A stretch of DNA of 64,000 nt from Eledone cirrhosa (Eukaryota): positions 146,692,001 through 146,756,000 of the forward strand of contig OZ024741.1 of NCBI GenBank assembly GCA_964016885.1, in the 5' to 3' direction. The notes beneath the pieces are model-generated. The model made no database searches. It was not told the origin of the DNA and was given only the letters and a program-made list of their open reading frames with translations. The translations under genes and the position numbers were made by a program. Position 1 is the stretch's first letter, and every line of letters begins with the position of its first letter. This document shows positions 37,437 to 50,630 of the stretch, in pieces.

Positions 37437-40400
37437 TTACAGACACATACTCAGAGTAGGCCCATTCACTCGGGCCATTCTTGCCTCTCTCACCCATCTT
37501 TCAACAAAATGCTGGGAAGAGAGGACTTCCCTCTCTACCCTGATTTTCCTTTTCAAATAAAATTTGAAAAACTTAATCAGGGCATCACCGAAGAGGTAAG
37601 TGCTCGTCTTCAGCCATTTCAAACGTGTCCACCATACTATCTCTTTCGCCATGGCCACCAGACAGATAAAAAGTGCCTGCCATTCCCGGCTAAAGGAAGA
37701 GGGCGGGGAAATCCTCACGATGGACTCAGCTGATAGCTGGATCCGTCCTACACGCGACAGCAGGTGTTCGACATAAACCCACAAGTCAGCAATGCTCGGA
37801 CACTGGACGAGTGCTTGCAGGACGGTTTCGTCGCCCTGCGCGCATCTCGGACATGCCCGGCTGACGGCACCTCCATGCCTGTAGAGTTTATCCCGGACTG
37901 GCAAAGCTCCTCGGTAGCACTGCCAGGCCAGAGATTTCTGGAAGTTGTCCATAGGCCCCGGCCCGAAAGTTCTTCCGAAGAGATTGGCTATTTGATTTTC
38001 GTCGACGACTAGAGTTTCCCCAAGTACGTCGTCGCCCTTCCCCTCCACTAATCCTCTATAGAACGCCAAGGTGGAGTTTCCACCGATCACATTGCTCGAT
38101 TGGTCGAGGGCTGTGAGCGCCTGAAGACATTCCAGTCTCCAAGCGCTCCCTCTCGGTCTTCGCTTGACTCAGGACTGCAGCTCCGTCAAGGAGACGAGCT
38201 GGGGAAAGACGCGTCTAGCAAACGGTGACCACACCTGATCACCGTCGAGGAAGAGGTGGAGATGTCGTAGCCTGAGCGCGTGTCTGCGCATCATTAGCCA
38301 CGGCATGCCCAGCCCTCCACGTAGCGGGTGTTGACAGCAGATGGACCGCCTGGCCATCGGAGCGCGTCCCTTCCACAAAAAGCGAAAGAACAAACGCTCC
38401 AGTGCAATCAGGCGGGGCTTAGGACAAGGTACGACGGTCAGGCGGTAGTAGATGACGGACGCGATGCACGCGTTAGCTACCTCCGCTCGACCTTTCAGAG
38501 ATAGCTTCCTCTCCGCCCATTTCTGTGTGAAAAAAGCCACCCTGCTCGTCACTTCGTCCCAATTTTTGTCCGTCTGGAGGTCCGGACCGAACCAGACCCC
38601 TAGCAATTTAACCGGTCCGTCTGTCCAGCGCCCGACGACGCTGTTGGACGGCATGGACCTGCCTCTCCAGGTGCCGAGCTGCACGCCCACTGACTTTTCC
38701 TGGTTGATCATTGCTCCTGTCACCGCTTCGTATTATCTTAGTGTAGTGCCGATCGCCTCGATGTGTTTGGCGTTCGACACCACTACGGTGACATCGTCCG
38801 CATATGCTGACACGGATCTTCCTCATCCTAGTTCGCGCAGGACCCCCCTCAACGTCTCCAGTTTGTGCAGTAATGGCTCGAGAGTTAATACGTACAAGAG
38901 GGACGAGAGGGGACATCCTTGGCGGACCGAGCGCATGATGTTGAACGGTTCCAAAAGGTGACCGTTCACTTTCACCACAGAGCAGATGTCGCTGTGCATG
39001 GCAGCGACCCAGCCTCTGAAGACGGGCCCAAAGCCAGCCGCCCTCAGGACTGCCGCTAGGTAACGATGGTCGACCCTATCGAAAGCTTTCGACTGATCTA
39101 AATTGATCAAGGACCCACCCGTGCCAGGTTCCCTAGCTACCCTCTCTACGATGTATCGCATGAGGTGGAGGTTGTCGTGGATGGATCTGTCGGGAATGGC
39201 GCATGTCTGCGCCTCTCCCACCAGACCACCAACGACAAGCGCCAACCTCTTTGCTAGCACCTTCGCCAAAATCTTGAACTCTGTGTTTAGCAGAGTTATG
39301 GGCCTAACATTATCTATGTTATCCCCCTTGTTCGGATCCTTTCTCAGGAGCTCCACAGCTCCTCGGCTCACAGAGCTGGGAACTCTCCCGTTCTGTTGCC
39401 AGTTGCAATAGACGTCCGCCAAGAGGCCTCCGAACAAGTCTGGCATCTGTACGTAAAGTTCATAGGGCAGACCTACCAAACCAGGCGATTTACCCCTTTT
39501 GCAGCCAGTCATTGCCTCCCGTACTTCAGCGGCTGTTAACGGCTTTTCGCAACACTCCGCCTCAGTGGCCGAGAGCCGCGGCAGTCCGTCGAGGTAGACA
39601 CTAAAGTCCATCCCTCAATCCGGCCCGCCGCTGCCCCCGAACAGCTGTGCGAAGTGTCGCTGACAAGCTTCACACATTTGCCCGAGATCGAGTAGCATGC
39701 ACCACTCGTGGTCCACCAAAGACCGGATCGTGGCTTTGTTGCCACGACGCGCCTCCGCTACTCGGGCCCATTGAACGGCTTTCGTCCCCTCGTGTCTGAG
39801 AGCACGCACGCTAGCTATGACAACGCAGCCTTCCAACTAGTTCTCCCTCTGCTCTATTTTTCTCTATTGCTAAAGCCTTACTAAACCTAATGGACTCTAT
39901 TCTAATGGCTCTTTTCAGAGCAAACCACCACTTGTTGTTGACGATGGCCCCCGTCAACGCCCGCTTTACTAGTTCGCTAATCCGGTCTCTGTATGCCTTG
40001 CGCGCTGGTAAGGACGCGTTTAGCTTCCAGTAGCCGGGTCCTCGTCTATGAAGCCTATCTAAATCAAGAACACAGATCACGAATTTGTGGTCCGTGTAGC
40101 TGACTATTTTGAATTGTGGACAGCCTATGCTAGACCTATCTATTTCCCTACAAAATACTCTATCTAGATATGATATGGATGACCCTATGCGATTTGTCCA
40201 AGTCCACATTGGCACATTAGGGAAATACAATCGGTACCTGTCAGACAGTTCAAAACGCCTGAGCAGTTGGTGAGGCTCTTGCACCCTCCTCCCCTATCCG
40301 CTAATCCCACACTGTCCCAGCGTGCATCTAAGATCCTGTTCCAGTCGCCCATTAACATTAAAGAGCGGGCGTTCCAAGAAAGGTCTCCAGACGCCGGAAG

Positions 40401-40765
40401 AAATCAGGCCGCCCTGCTCCTGTCGGGGCATAGACGGCCACTAGCCTGAAAGCTTGCCCGTCTCCGATGGTCACGTCCAGCACCACCAACTTACCCTCTG
40501 GGTCCAGGAAGATGGCCCGTATGGCGAGATCCAAACCTCTCCGAAAAAGCACAGCAACTCCTCCCCCCGATCCCGGACGACTGGGAGATGTGTACACATC
40601 GTAGCCGCCGAAGATCGGTGCGAAGGCCCGTGCTTCGAAGATTCTGGTCTCGCTGATGGCCACTACATCTCTGTTTAGTGACCTGAGGTCGTTGAGCAGG
40701 TGGCCCTGCTTCCATGACGACCCCAAGCCACGCGCATTTATGCTGCCTATTCTGAGTGAGGTCAT
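37437..40765 (-). pseudogene. Tx1 ORF2 (APE-RT-zinc finger), broken by stops and frameshifts
   Basis: IGSINARGL, ISET, VYAP, YLDR, YTDH, GPGYWKLNASL, KSPG, RPITLLNTEFKILAK, LDQSKAFDRV, RQGCPLS, AYADD, CPRC..ET...ALVQC. Confidence 0.93.
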
Positions 40766-40808
40766 GTTGAAATGGAGTGGAAAAGATGGGAAAGACCACT
40801 TACCTTAC

Positions 40809-42699
40809 TTATCGTAGAGGAAGGATGGTTTCTCCATCCTTTTCACTGCTTCTGGCCTCCTCCGGAAGGATGTCCTCATAAATCCCCCTGGAGAGTGCTT
40901 GTCGGAAGTCTCCGATGTCTTCGGGGAATTTTTGTTTTAGTGTCGTGTACGTTTTCTGTGTGATGCGAGTGATTTGTATGTGTGGAGGTGGTGTGAACTT
41001 TTGGGTTGCTGTGTAGTCTTTTTCTGTGATGCTGGTGTTGTGTTGGATGTAGTGTAATAATTGGTTGTTCAAATTTATTGCTGTGTAGTGTGTATTGTTT
41101 TGGTTGTTTTGTTTGCGTTTGTTGTGGGTTTGTTTCTGTTTCGCTTGTTGGTGACTTTTGTGGTGTTGGTGATGGTGGTGTTGGGGTTAATGATGGTGAT
41201 GGTGTTGGTGTTTGTGGTGATGGGGTTGGTGATGCTGGTGTGGATGGTGGCATAGCTGTCCTAACTTTTTTGTTTGATAGTTTATTTGTTTCCCTCTGTA
41301 TTTTGTTTTTGGAGGGGGAAGGAAGGGGATTTTTTTCTTTTTTGGTTTCTTTTTCTTTTTTTCTTTTTTTCTGATACCGTTTCCCACTCCTCGTCGTCAC
41401 AATCTGTCTCCAGTTGCGATAGGTCGGGGACTGGAAAATCCTCCACAGGCGTTGGTTTTGGTTGTGGCGTGGTCGATGGTGTAGGCGCTGGTGCTAGTTC
41501 TGGCGCGTTGGGTGGTGGTGGTGTTGGTTTCGCTACTGTTGTTGGGGTTGTTGCTGCCATTTCTGCTGCTTGTTGTGTTGATGGTTGACTCACTGGGGTG
41601 GGTAAGAGAGGTGGCCTCAACCTTTTAGCCTGAGGGCAGAAAGCCCTTAGGTGGGTTCCTTCACCACAAACGACGCACCTAGGCCTTCTGCCCTCGACGA
41701 TTACGGTGAGGTGGCTGCCGTCAGTGAGGTCTATTACCTCTGGGATCTCCTCAATACTTTTTTGGTCCGCTTGGATCAGGAGCACCATCCCAGATCCGGA
41801 CCAGTTCTCCTGCTTTTCTTTCGCTATTTCGATTATCTTGGTGTTGGCTTCGATGCCGGCGAGGACGGCAGCCATTAGCCAGGGAATTTCGATGGCCGGT
41901 GGAACGTGGGTCACCCTGATCTTTACGATTCTCTGGCCACAATAGCTTGGGACGAGTGTGAAGTCATCACTTCTTAATGAGGGCATGGAGTGTTCTCTGG
42001 CCTCCTGTTGTGTTTCAAAGAACACGTCCACGGTTCCATATTTTTGCCCACGTTTGATGTGAGTTTTTTTCGCCCACACATGTCCCAAAGCTTTTTGGAT
42101 TTGGGACTCGGATGCCCGTTCCACTCGGCGCGATTTCATGTTAATCGTCCGATAAGACACGGTGCATAGGCGCCTATGCTCCATTTTATTAGGTGGGCGG
42201 TGAGGCTGACCCTGAACCCATCTTTCTTTACCATTTGTTTGGCTTCTTCTAATTCCTCCTGAGTTACCCGGAATGCTTCGCACTGTTTTGCTACTCTGGC
42301 AAAAGACAGGGTTGTTTTCTTAATTTCATTGTTGCTGTTGTTGTTATCGTTATTTTTGTTATTGTTAATTTTAGTTTCAGTTGTGGTGGTGGTGGCGTCA
42401 GTGGTGTTCGGTGTGGAAGAGTTCATTTTGGCTGAATTCGTTCCGATATCACGAGATAATTTATTTTTTTCTTTTGTTTCTGTTGTCGCTGTGCTGTTGG
42501 TGGGGGTGGCGGCTTCAACACCTGCAGTCATTGGTAATGGCGGGAAATGAATGTCTGCCTGAGACAAATTTAAAATATTGCTACTGCTTATATTTTTAGT
42601 GTTGGCAAACGTAGTAATATTTACAATGGTGATGTCGATGTGATGTGTTAGTTTGTGAGGAAGGCTCTCAGCTACTGGGTTCAGCTGTGAGTCGGCCAT
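40809..42699 (-). pseudogene. Tx1 ORF1 (gag-like: RRM-like region, CCHC knuckle, Pro/Thr-rich tail), frameshifted
   Basis: Start MADSQ; knuckle CVVCGEGTHLRAFC (CX2CX4HX4C); frame changes near 42195, 41370 and 41070. Confidence 0.85.
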
Positions 42700-42913
42700 G
42701 ATTTTTCAAAGAAATTTTTTTTTTGTTTGATAATTATAAAAGTTTAAATTTTGGGCTCAAGGCCCCGATATCTTTTAGTGTCCTTTTCAGAAAACAATGT
42801 ATGTGCACTTATATACAGTTAACAATAAAAATCTTCCAATAATGGCAATTTTAAACAACTGAAAATGACAAACCTTTGCGGAGCTCACAATACGATTTAC
42901 TACGTAGGTCGCC

Positions 42914-42945
<32 letters not shown>

Positions 42946-42947
<2 letters not shown>

Positions 42948-44766
42948 GATAGACTACAGAAAGGCATTTGACATGGTGCCTCATTCTTGGATCACCAAAA
43001 GCCAGGAGATCTTCAAGGTGGCAGATAACATCAGACAGTTGTTGGGCAAAAGTATGAGGTCCTGGGAAACAGAGTTGACATCAACTGGAGAATCCTTGGG
43101 AAGCGTGAAGATCAAGAGAGGTATCTTCCAGGGAGATAGCCTGTCCCCTCTGTTGTTTGTCCTTTCCCTGATGCCCCTGACCAGTGTACTGCGAAAAGTG
43201 AGAGCAGGATACAGGTTGGGAAAGGGAGGGCTTGCCATCAATCACCTCCTCTTCATGGACGATCTTAAGCTCTTCGGGAAGAGTGAGAAGGAGTTGGATG
43301 TCCTTGTTGACACTGTCCGTATTTTCAGCAGTGATATATGTATGCAATTTGGTATTAGTAAGTGTGGAGTCATTGTGATGAGGAGAGGTAGGTTGAGCAG
43401 AAGTAACGGAATCCAGATACCAACAGGTGAGGTGATAAAGGAAATTGACTCTGAGGAAGGATACAAGTATTTGGGCGTTCTGGAGGCTGATGGCATAAAG
43501 AACAAAAAAATGAAGGAATTGTTAAGAACTGAATACATTCGGAGAATAAGGAGCGTATTGAAGTCACATCTGAACAGCAGAAATGCCATAAGCGCAGTAA
43601 ATTCCCGAGCTGTGTCTATTATTAGGTACAGTGCGGGAATTCTGAGATGGAATGTTGCTGAACAAAAAGAAATGGATAGGAAGACTAGGCAGCTATTGAC
43701 TATCTACAACATGTTCCACAAGAGGAGTGATGTCGATAGACTCTACTTAAGGAGATCTGAGGGTGGAAGAGGTCTTATCAGCATAGAGGACTGTGTTCAG
43801 ATGGAGAAAAACAACCTACACAAATACGTGACTGATAGTAAGGAACCAATGCTCAGAACTGTACTGAAGGAGGGGACAATAGGCCAGGGGATGTCCAAGG
43901 AGGAAATAACATCAAGGAGAAAGAGCAGCGTTCAGGAAAAATCCCTTCATAGTACCTTCTTTGAGAAAACTGAATTTAGAGATCCACAGACATGGAACTG
44001 GTTGAGAAGAGGAGACCTTAAAAAGGCTACAGAAGGAATGTTAATGGCTGCGCAGGAGCAGGCCCTCAAAACGAAGTGGTTGAAACACCATATTTACAAG
44101 GAGGAGGCTAGCCCACTGTGCAGGATCTGTGGAGAGAGAGAGGAGACTGTGGCTCACATTGTATCCGAGTGTAAACACCTAGTCCAGACCCACTATAAGG
44201 GCTGGAGACATGATGTGATGGGCAGGGTGATCCACTGGCACCTGTGCAAAGTAAACAATTTACCACACTCTGAGAAATGGTATGAGCATAAGCCAGAGGC
44301 GGTGATAGAGAACGATCAGGTGAAGGTGCTGTGGGATTTTAGGATACAGACGGACAAGAAACTGGAACACAATAGACCTGACCTGGTGGTTGTGGACAAA
44401 GAAAAAAGATCGTGCCTGATTGTGGATGTGGCCTGCCCATTCGACACGAGAGTGCAAGAGAAGGAGAGGGAGAAAATTAACCGATACCAGAACTTAAAGT
44501 GGGAGGTAAAAAGGATTTGGAACTGCCATGAAGTCAAAGTGATCCCGATTGTCATAGGCGCACTGGGGACTATCTCCAAAAGTTTCCAGGGATGGTTAAA
44601 GAAAATTGGCCCCTTCACGCTTTTTGGAACGCTTCAAAAGGCATGCTTGCTGGGAACAGCAAGAACCCTCCGATACGTCCTGAATATCTGAGGCTGCAGG
44701 TAGTGGCTTGATATTCATTCCAACAAACTTTCCAGTTAACTAACATCAATGACTGAGACTCAAGGA
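42946..44766 (+). mobile_element. 5'-truncated R4/Dong-type LINE (RT plus restriction-like endonuclease) in (AAT)n
   Basis: Begins at WIDYRKAFD directly after (aat)n; ends in a (taa)n tail at 44767-44821. Confidence 0.93.
42947..44691 (+). CDS. R4/Dong-type RT-RLE ORF, uninterrupted from the truncation point
   Basis: GIFQGDSLSPLLF, LFMDD, YKYLG, GGRGL, CRIC..ETVAHIVSEC, RHD, RPD..D, EKINRY. Confidence 0.93.
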
Positions 44767-44774
44767 GTAATAAC

Positions 44775-44821
<47 letters not shown>

Positions 44822-44822
<1 letters not shown>

Positions 44823-47800
44823 GAAAACCCGTGACCAAGAAATACCGGGATGGCGGCCGGCGGGGAATAGCCGTGTCTCTAGGGGAGGACGACCCCTCTA
44901 GTCTTGTTTGACACTCGTCCTAGAAGTGGTAACACGAAATGATTACCCCTTGGTGGATAAGGATAAAATGCGACAAAATAAAGTAAATGTCTAATGATAA
45001 AATCTCATACCGGATCGGCCGTCACCCGGGTCAAAAAGGGCCGCGTCCCTCAGAGAGGAACCAGACTGAGGTCGAAAAATCAGCTAATGGTTCGGAGCTG
45101 GAGACCTCCCATAACCGGAATACTCCTACTGTTGGTCCTCCATGCTCACCACCAAGAAATCCAAAGAAAAAGAGAGAAAAATGGTCAAGGGAAGATAATA
45201 AAGAAGTCCTTGAGGCTTTCTACACTGCCATGCACTACCCATCAAATACATCGAATACAGAACAGACATATATCAACTGAAAAAAGAAACATCCCGAAAA
45301 CAGAGGCTATATTGACAGTAACAAACTAGCCAATATACGAAGAAATATTGTAAAAAAAAAGTTACTAACTGATATAGAAATTGATCAGATCAAGCTATTA
45401 GCACAAAGTCAGCGAAGGGAAAATGAAACATGTGTCAGTGAAAACGAGATAAATTGTAACACTTCGAATCCCACGGTTGGGGCAGAATCACTGACAACAG
45501 AACAAATTAAAGAAAGGATTGAAAAAGTGGCGGGAGTGCATACTCAAGATGAAACTCCAAATGAAAACAATGAGATCGTAAATGATAAAGAAATGAATGA
45601 GAATAAACTTGCTAACTTGAAGGATAAAATTATGATCGAATGGATGAAGATGAAAGAATCTGACATGGGGGAACGAGACACCCTCCCTAAGATCCAGAAC
45701 TCCAAACAGAACCAAAAGATAATACACAAGACTAACATAATTCTTTAAAAACATTATCATCACAAACAAACTAAACATTACTGATTTAAATCATCTCTAT
45801 TATGCATCGGTTAAAGTCACCACTCACTTATGTGGAGTGAAGATGAAAACCAAAGAAATTCCCACAAAAAATCTACTTGGCAAGAGAACATCAATCGCCA
45901 AATAAACCTTCTCCGATCTGACATAGAAATTTTAACAAACTATAAAGTAGGTGAACATGTTAAACAAACTAAACTTAGAAAATTGAAAAGAAAGTACAGT
46001 ATAAAATCAACAAGTGACATAGACATGCTGATAGAAATAATCAAGCAAAAAGTGTCGGCCAAAGCTGCTCGTATAAGGCGCTTTGAAAAACGATCTAGAT
46101 TCTATAAGGACAATAATATGTTCAAAAACAACCAAAGAAACTTCTACAGAAAAATTGGTAAGTCAACAATAACTGCTAAATCAATACCACCCAAGGAGGA
46201 AGTGCAAGAATTCTGGGAAAAGATCTGGGTCGAAGAAAAAACTCATATTATACATGCCCCATGGATAGACAGACAAATGAAAGATACACCTCACTTTGAG
46301 GAACAAATATAACAGTTGAACAGTTGCGTTTGGCTCTAAGAAAAACCAGCAAATGGAAATCCCCAGGAAAAGACAAAATACAAAATTTTTGGATAAATGC
46401 CTTCACAGAGTCTCATGAGCTGTTAGCCCAACTTTACAATGAAATAGTTAAGGAGCGAGAAAACATACCTTCATGGCTAGTTAACAGCATTACATTCCTG
46501 CTTCAGAAGAATGATGAGACAAACAATCCCAAAAATTACAGACCGATAACTTGCTTGACCACAATGTATAAAATTTTGACATCAGTCCTAACTGAATATA
46601 CATATGACCACCTGATAACAAATGACCTATTTCCCATTGAGCAGAAAGGGTGTAAACGAGGCTCATATGGCTGTAAGGATCAGCTTTTGGTTAACAAAAT
46701 GATACTGGAAGATTGTCATAATAGACACAAAAATCTATCAATTGCTTGGATAGATTATAAAAAAACATTCGATAGTTTGCCACACAGTTGGATTGAAAAA
46801 TGTTTAGAGATTTTCAAAATATCTCCCGTTGTCAGGAGGTTTTTGTCATTCAGTATGAAGACATGGAAAACGACACTCCTTTTGAATAGTGAAACAAAAT
46901 CACTGGAAGCTGGAGAAGATAATATTAATTGTGGAATTTTTCAGGGTGACTCTTTATCACCGCTTTTATTCTGCATCGCACTTATACCATTAAGTAAAAT
47001 GCTCAATGAAACAAACCATGGGTATAAAGTCTATGACAAAACCATTAATCACTTGTTCTACATGGATGACCTGAAACTATTTGCAAAAAAATGATGAACA
47101 ATTGCAAGGGCTATTATCTACTGTGGAGCAGTTCAGTGATGACATTAAAATGGAGTTTGGACTAGATAAATGCGCCAAAGCAACGTTCACCAGAGGAAAG
47201 CTGCTGAAGAGTTCAGACATTAATCTTGATCGGGGGAATGTGATAAGAGAACTTGATCAAGAGGAAACTGACAAATATCTAGGTGTTTGTGAAGGAGACG
47301 GAATCAAGCACTCGACAATGAGGGAAAGGATAAGGAAGGAATGTTACCGCAGAGTAAGAGCAATCTTAAGAACGGAATTGAATGCAAGGAATAGGATCGA
47401 TACCATAAACACGCTTGCCATACCATTAGTAACCTACAGTTACAATGTCATCAACTGGTCAAGCACAGAGATCCGTAGGCTCGATACAAAAATTCGAAAA
47501 TTCTTAACCATGCACAAAATGCATCACCCTAAGGCAGATACAGATAGAATATATCTCCCTAGGAAAGAAGGAGGATGTGGGTTAATCCAGTTAGACATTG
47601 CGTTGAAAACTGCAACAATTGGATTATCTACATATCTAAGGGAATCACATGATTGGATGATCAAACTCATTTTGAAACACGAAAGCATCAAAAGATCATA
47701 CTCCATTACAAAAGATGCACAAAGATTCAGTAATGGACTACAAATTTCAGAAGTCCCATTTACTGCTGAAATGGAAAACACAGAAAAAGCAAAGCAGGTA

Positions 47801-48757
47801 AAAGTAACTGCAAAGAAAGAACTGCTACAGAAGCTGGCTAAGAAATGGCAAGAAAAGCCTCTGTATGGAAAATACCCAGAACGAGCTAACAATCCTGATG
47901 TTGACAAAACTTTAACCCATCAGTGGTTGGCATCCTCTGGACTGAAATCGGAGACTGAAGGACTGATTATATCAGCACAAGATCAGTGTCTGCCAACAAA
48001 AAATTACCAAGCCAACATAATAAAAAATGGATGCAGCCCATTATGCCATGTATGTAAAAAACAACCAGAGACCATTGACCATATAATTTCAATGTGCAAT
48101 CCTATAGCGCCAACCGAATACCTAAACAGGCATGACAGAGCTGCACAATACATACATTGGATAATGTGTAAGCGTTTTGACCTGCCCCATCAAAAGAATT
48201 GGTGGGAGCATCAACCACCTCCCATACTCGAAAAAGATCACATCGCAATCTTGTGGAAATTTAGCATCCAAACAGACCGAAAAATAGATGCAAATAGACC
48301 TGATATAATATTGAAGGAATTTAAAAAGAGGGTATGCCTGCTAATTGATATGTCTGTTCCAATAGACAAGAATGTATCTACAAAAACATTTGAAAAATTG
48401 AGCAAGTATAAGGACCTGGAGATAGAAATTGGAAAAATGTGGAAATTGAGAACTAAATCAATACCAGTGGTTGTAGGCACTCTAGGAATGATACCTAAGG
48501 GGTCTAATGATTACTTATCACAAATCCCAGGAAACCCGCGTATAGGAGAAATACAAAAGATAGTACTAATGGGAACTGCCCATATACTAAGGAAGATTCT
48601 GTCAATATAAGTACATCACAAGTCTAAACACCTAAAGATGCATGTGCGAGTATGTATGTTCTTTCTTGAACATGGCGGACCTTGTTGTCTCTTGAGGTCA
48701 CTGGTTGTGACTTGGTGATAACTCGTATGAACATAAAGCAAGATAAATGCAGCTGTA
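44822..48757 (+). mobile_element. Full-length R4/Dong-type LINE in (AAT)n with a disrupted single ORF (44987-48610)
   Basis: Myb-like KWSREDN, KSPGKD, NYRPITCL, WIDYKKTFD, FYMDD, CHVC..ETIDHIISMC, RHD, RPD..D; several stops and frameshifts; (taa)n tail at 48758-48819. Confidence 0.93.
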
Positions 48758-48763
48758 GTAATG

Positions 48764-48808
<45 letters not shown>

Positions 48809-48819
48809 GTAACAACAAT

Positions 48820-49205
48820 ATGAGTTATATGGGACTTAATGCTCCAATGTGACCATGAAATTGAACATTACATACTATGTTTGATTCTGGATGCAACTTG
48901 TTGCAGTGACAATTAGACCAATAACAAAGAAGGTTGAGAGGTAAAAACTACTAGCATGGGAGATAAAATATCTGTGGGCAATAAAAACGGTTGAGTATAT
49001 CACAGTTGTAATCAGGGCACATGGTGCTGTGAGCACCAAAACTGAAAGCTATAAAAAAATTGGAACCAACATCATGGGGTCCTTACAGAAAATAACATTC
49101 CCTTGGAACTGACAGGATACTCAGAAAAGTGCTTGACAATTGAATGTGCCAGCTCAGTCCACTGATTGTGAACATCTGGCACCAGAATTACATCACCAGC
49201 AACAA
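48820..49205 (+). mobile_element. Old R4/Dong RLE 3' fragment
   Basis: Decayed LWD..LQCDHEIEH, VVIRAHGAV and RILRKVLD motifs, plus the 3' UTR hairpin. Confidence 0.7.
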
Positions 49206-49214
49206 ATACTGTGC

Positions 49215-49652
49215 AATAAGCAGAAAACAAATGCTTCTTGATTGATATGAGCATTCCATCAGATCTTAACATCTTGAAAGAATTCTGAAAACTCAGTAAA
49301 TATAAAGATCTGATAATTGAATTTTAGAAAATGTGGCATTTTAAAGCCTGTACAGATTGTCAGAACACATAGAATGATAAAAAGGTAACTAAAAGTATTT
49401 AGATCATATACCTGGAAAGCCATACAGAAAATAATACCGAATGTCACCGTCCATATCCTGAGAAGGGCATTATCAATTTAAATACCTCGCAAAGACATTT
49501 ACTGTTGTTTCTGTCATTATGGAATATGTATGTCAATTGATTGTTAAATGTGTGTAATCCGTAAATTTTGCCTCAGGTGTCAGGTTGACACTTGGCAAGG
49601 TATGGGAAAGAAACAGAATTCAAAGGAAGTTTCAAACAATAACAACAATGAT
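49215..49652 (+). mobile_element. Second old R4/Dong RLE 3' fragment
   Basis: KCFLIDMSIPSD, KLSKYKDLIIE, IPGKP, HILRRALSI*; decayed (aat/aac)n tail. Confidence 0.78.
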
Positions 49653-50122
49653 AAATTTGAACTCCCATTTATTGGGTACTTTTGTGTTGAGAATTTGACA
49701 GCCAATTAGAATGGCTGGCAAAATAAGAGTCAAAATTCTATTTTTACCCCCAGATAAAGAACAAATAAAGGAAAAAGCAGAACAACTAAAAGATTGGTCC
49801 TTTCATCTTTCTCTTTTAGATTTTTCCATTAAGATACAAAGCATCACACATCTGAATTGTATTAATTGCATACTCTATATTGATTCATGTCAAAACTTTG
49901 ATATATATTTACCTGTCTATCTACTTAATATATAATCTATATATTTACATTAAAAGAACAAAATTGTTATGACTTTTCTAATGTGTTTCCATTTTTCAAT
50001 AATATTTTATTTTGAAAAAATATTGTTAGTCATAATTTTCTCACCATTTAACAAAATTCATGTGGTTATTCATTATATTTTATACCATAGAAAAGCACTA
50101 TCAAAGAAAACTGAGCCCCGGT

Positions 50123-50630
50123 ATATTTGCTGACTAGTGCTGACTTTTAAATGAGACATGTCTGACTGAGCCAGTATAAAATCAAATTGAGTGACTTTTT
50201 AACCACATTTTAATAATTGTGTAACTATATGAGTGGATGCTTTAAAAGTTAAATTGCATGTTATACAAAAACAGACCTTATTGAGAAATGTTTGCAAATT
50301 ATTAGGAATTTAGGAATTTAGCACAAAAAAATTCTATAAGAATCAAGTATTTTTTCTTTGGATACAAAAATGTTGTTTTTGTTCACCTTCGTCAGTAATG
50401 TATTGAGTTGCTAATGTGGTGTTAATATAGTAAGTTGCTCATGTGAGGAGTTCCTTATGCAACGAGTTTCTTATGTGATGAGTTGCTTAAATGACTAGTT
50501 GCTAATGTGATGAGTTGCTAATGTGGAGAGTTGTAAATGTGGTAAGTTTAAAAAGTCACTTGGTTTGATTTTCTGCTGTACTTTGCTTGAGACATATCTC
50601 ATTTAAAAGTCAGCACTAGTCAGCAAATAT
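50123..50630. repeat. ~85 bp imperfect inverted repeats enclosing a short degenerate tandem array (MITE-like)
   Basis: atatttgctgactagtgctgacttttaaatgaga... at 50123 and its complement ending at 50630; 'gagttgctaatgtg'-like units at 50404-50545. Confidence 0.75.

Larger units (their letters stand above)
37187..42912 (-). mobile_element. Full-length Tx1/L1-clade LINE, frameshifted, flanked by (AAT)n
   Basis: Two-ORF layout; 3' end 'cccttgtggttaataaagaaagc(att)n'; 5' end GGCGACC next to (att)n. Confidence 0.93.
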
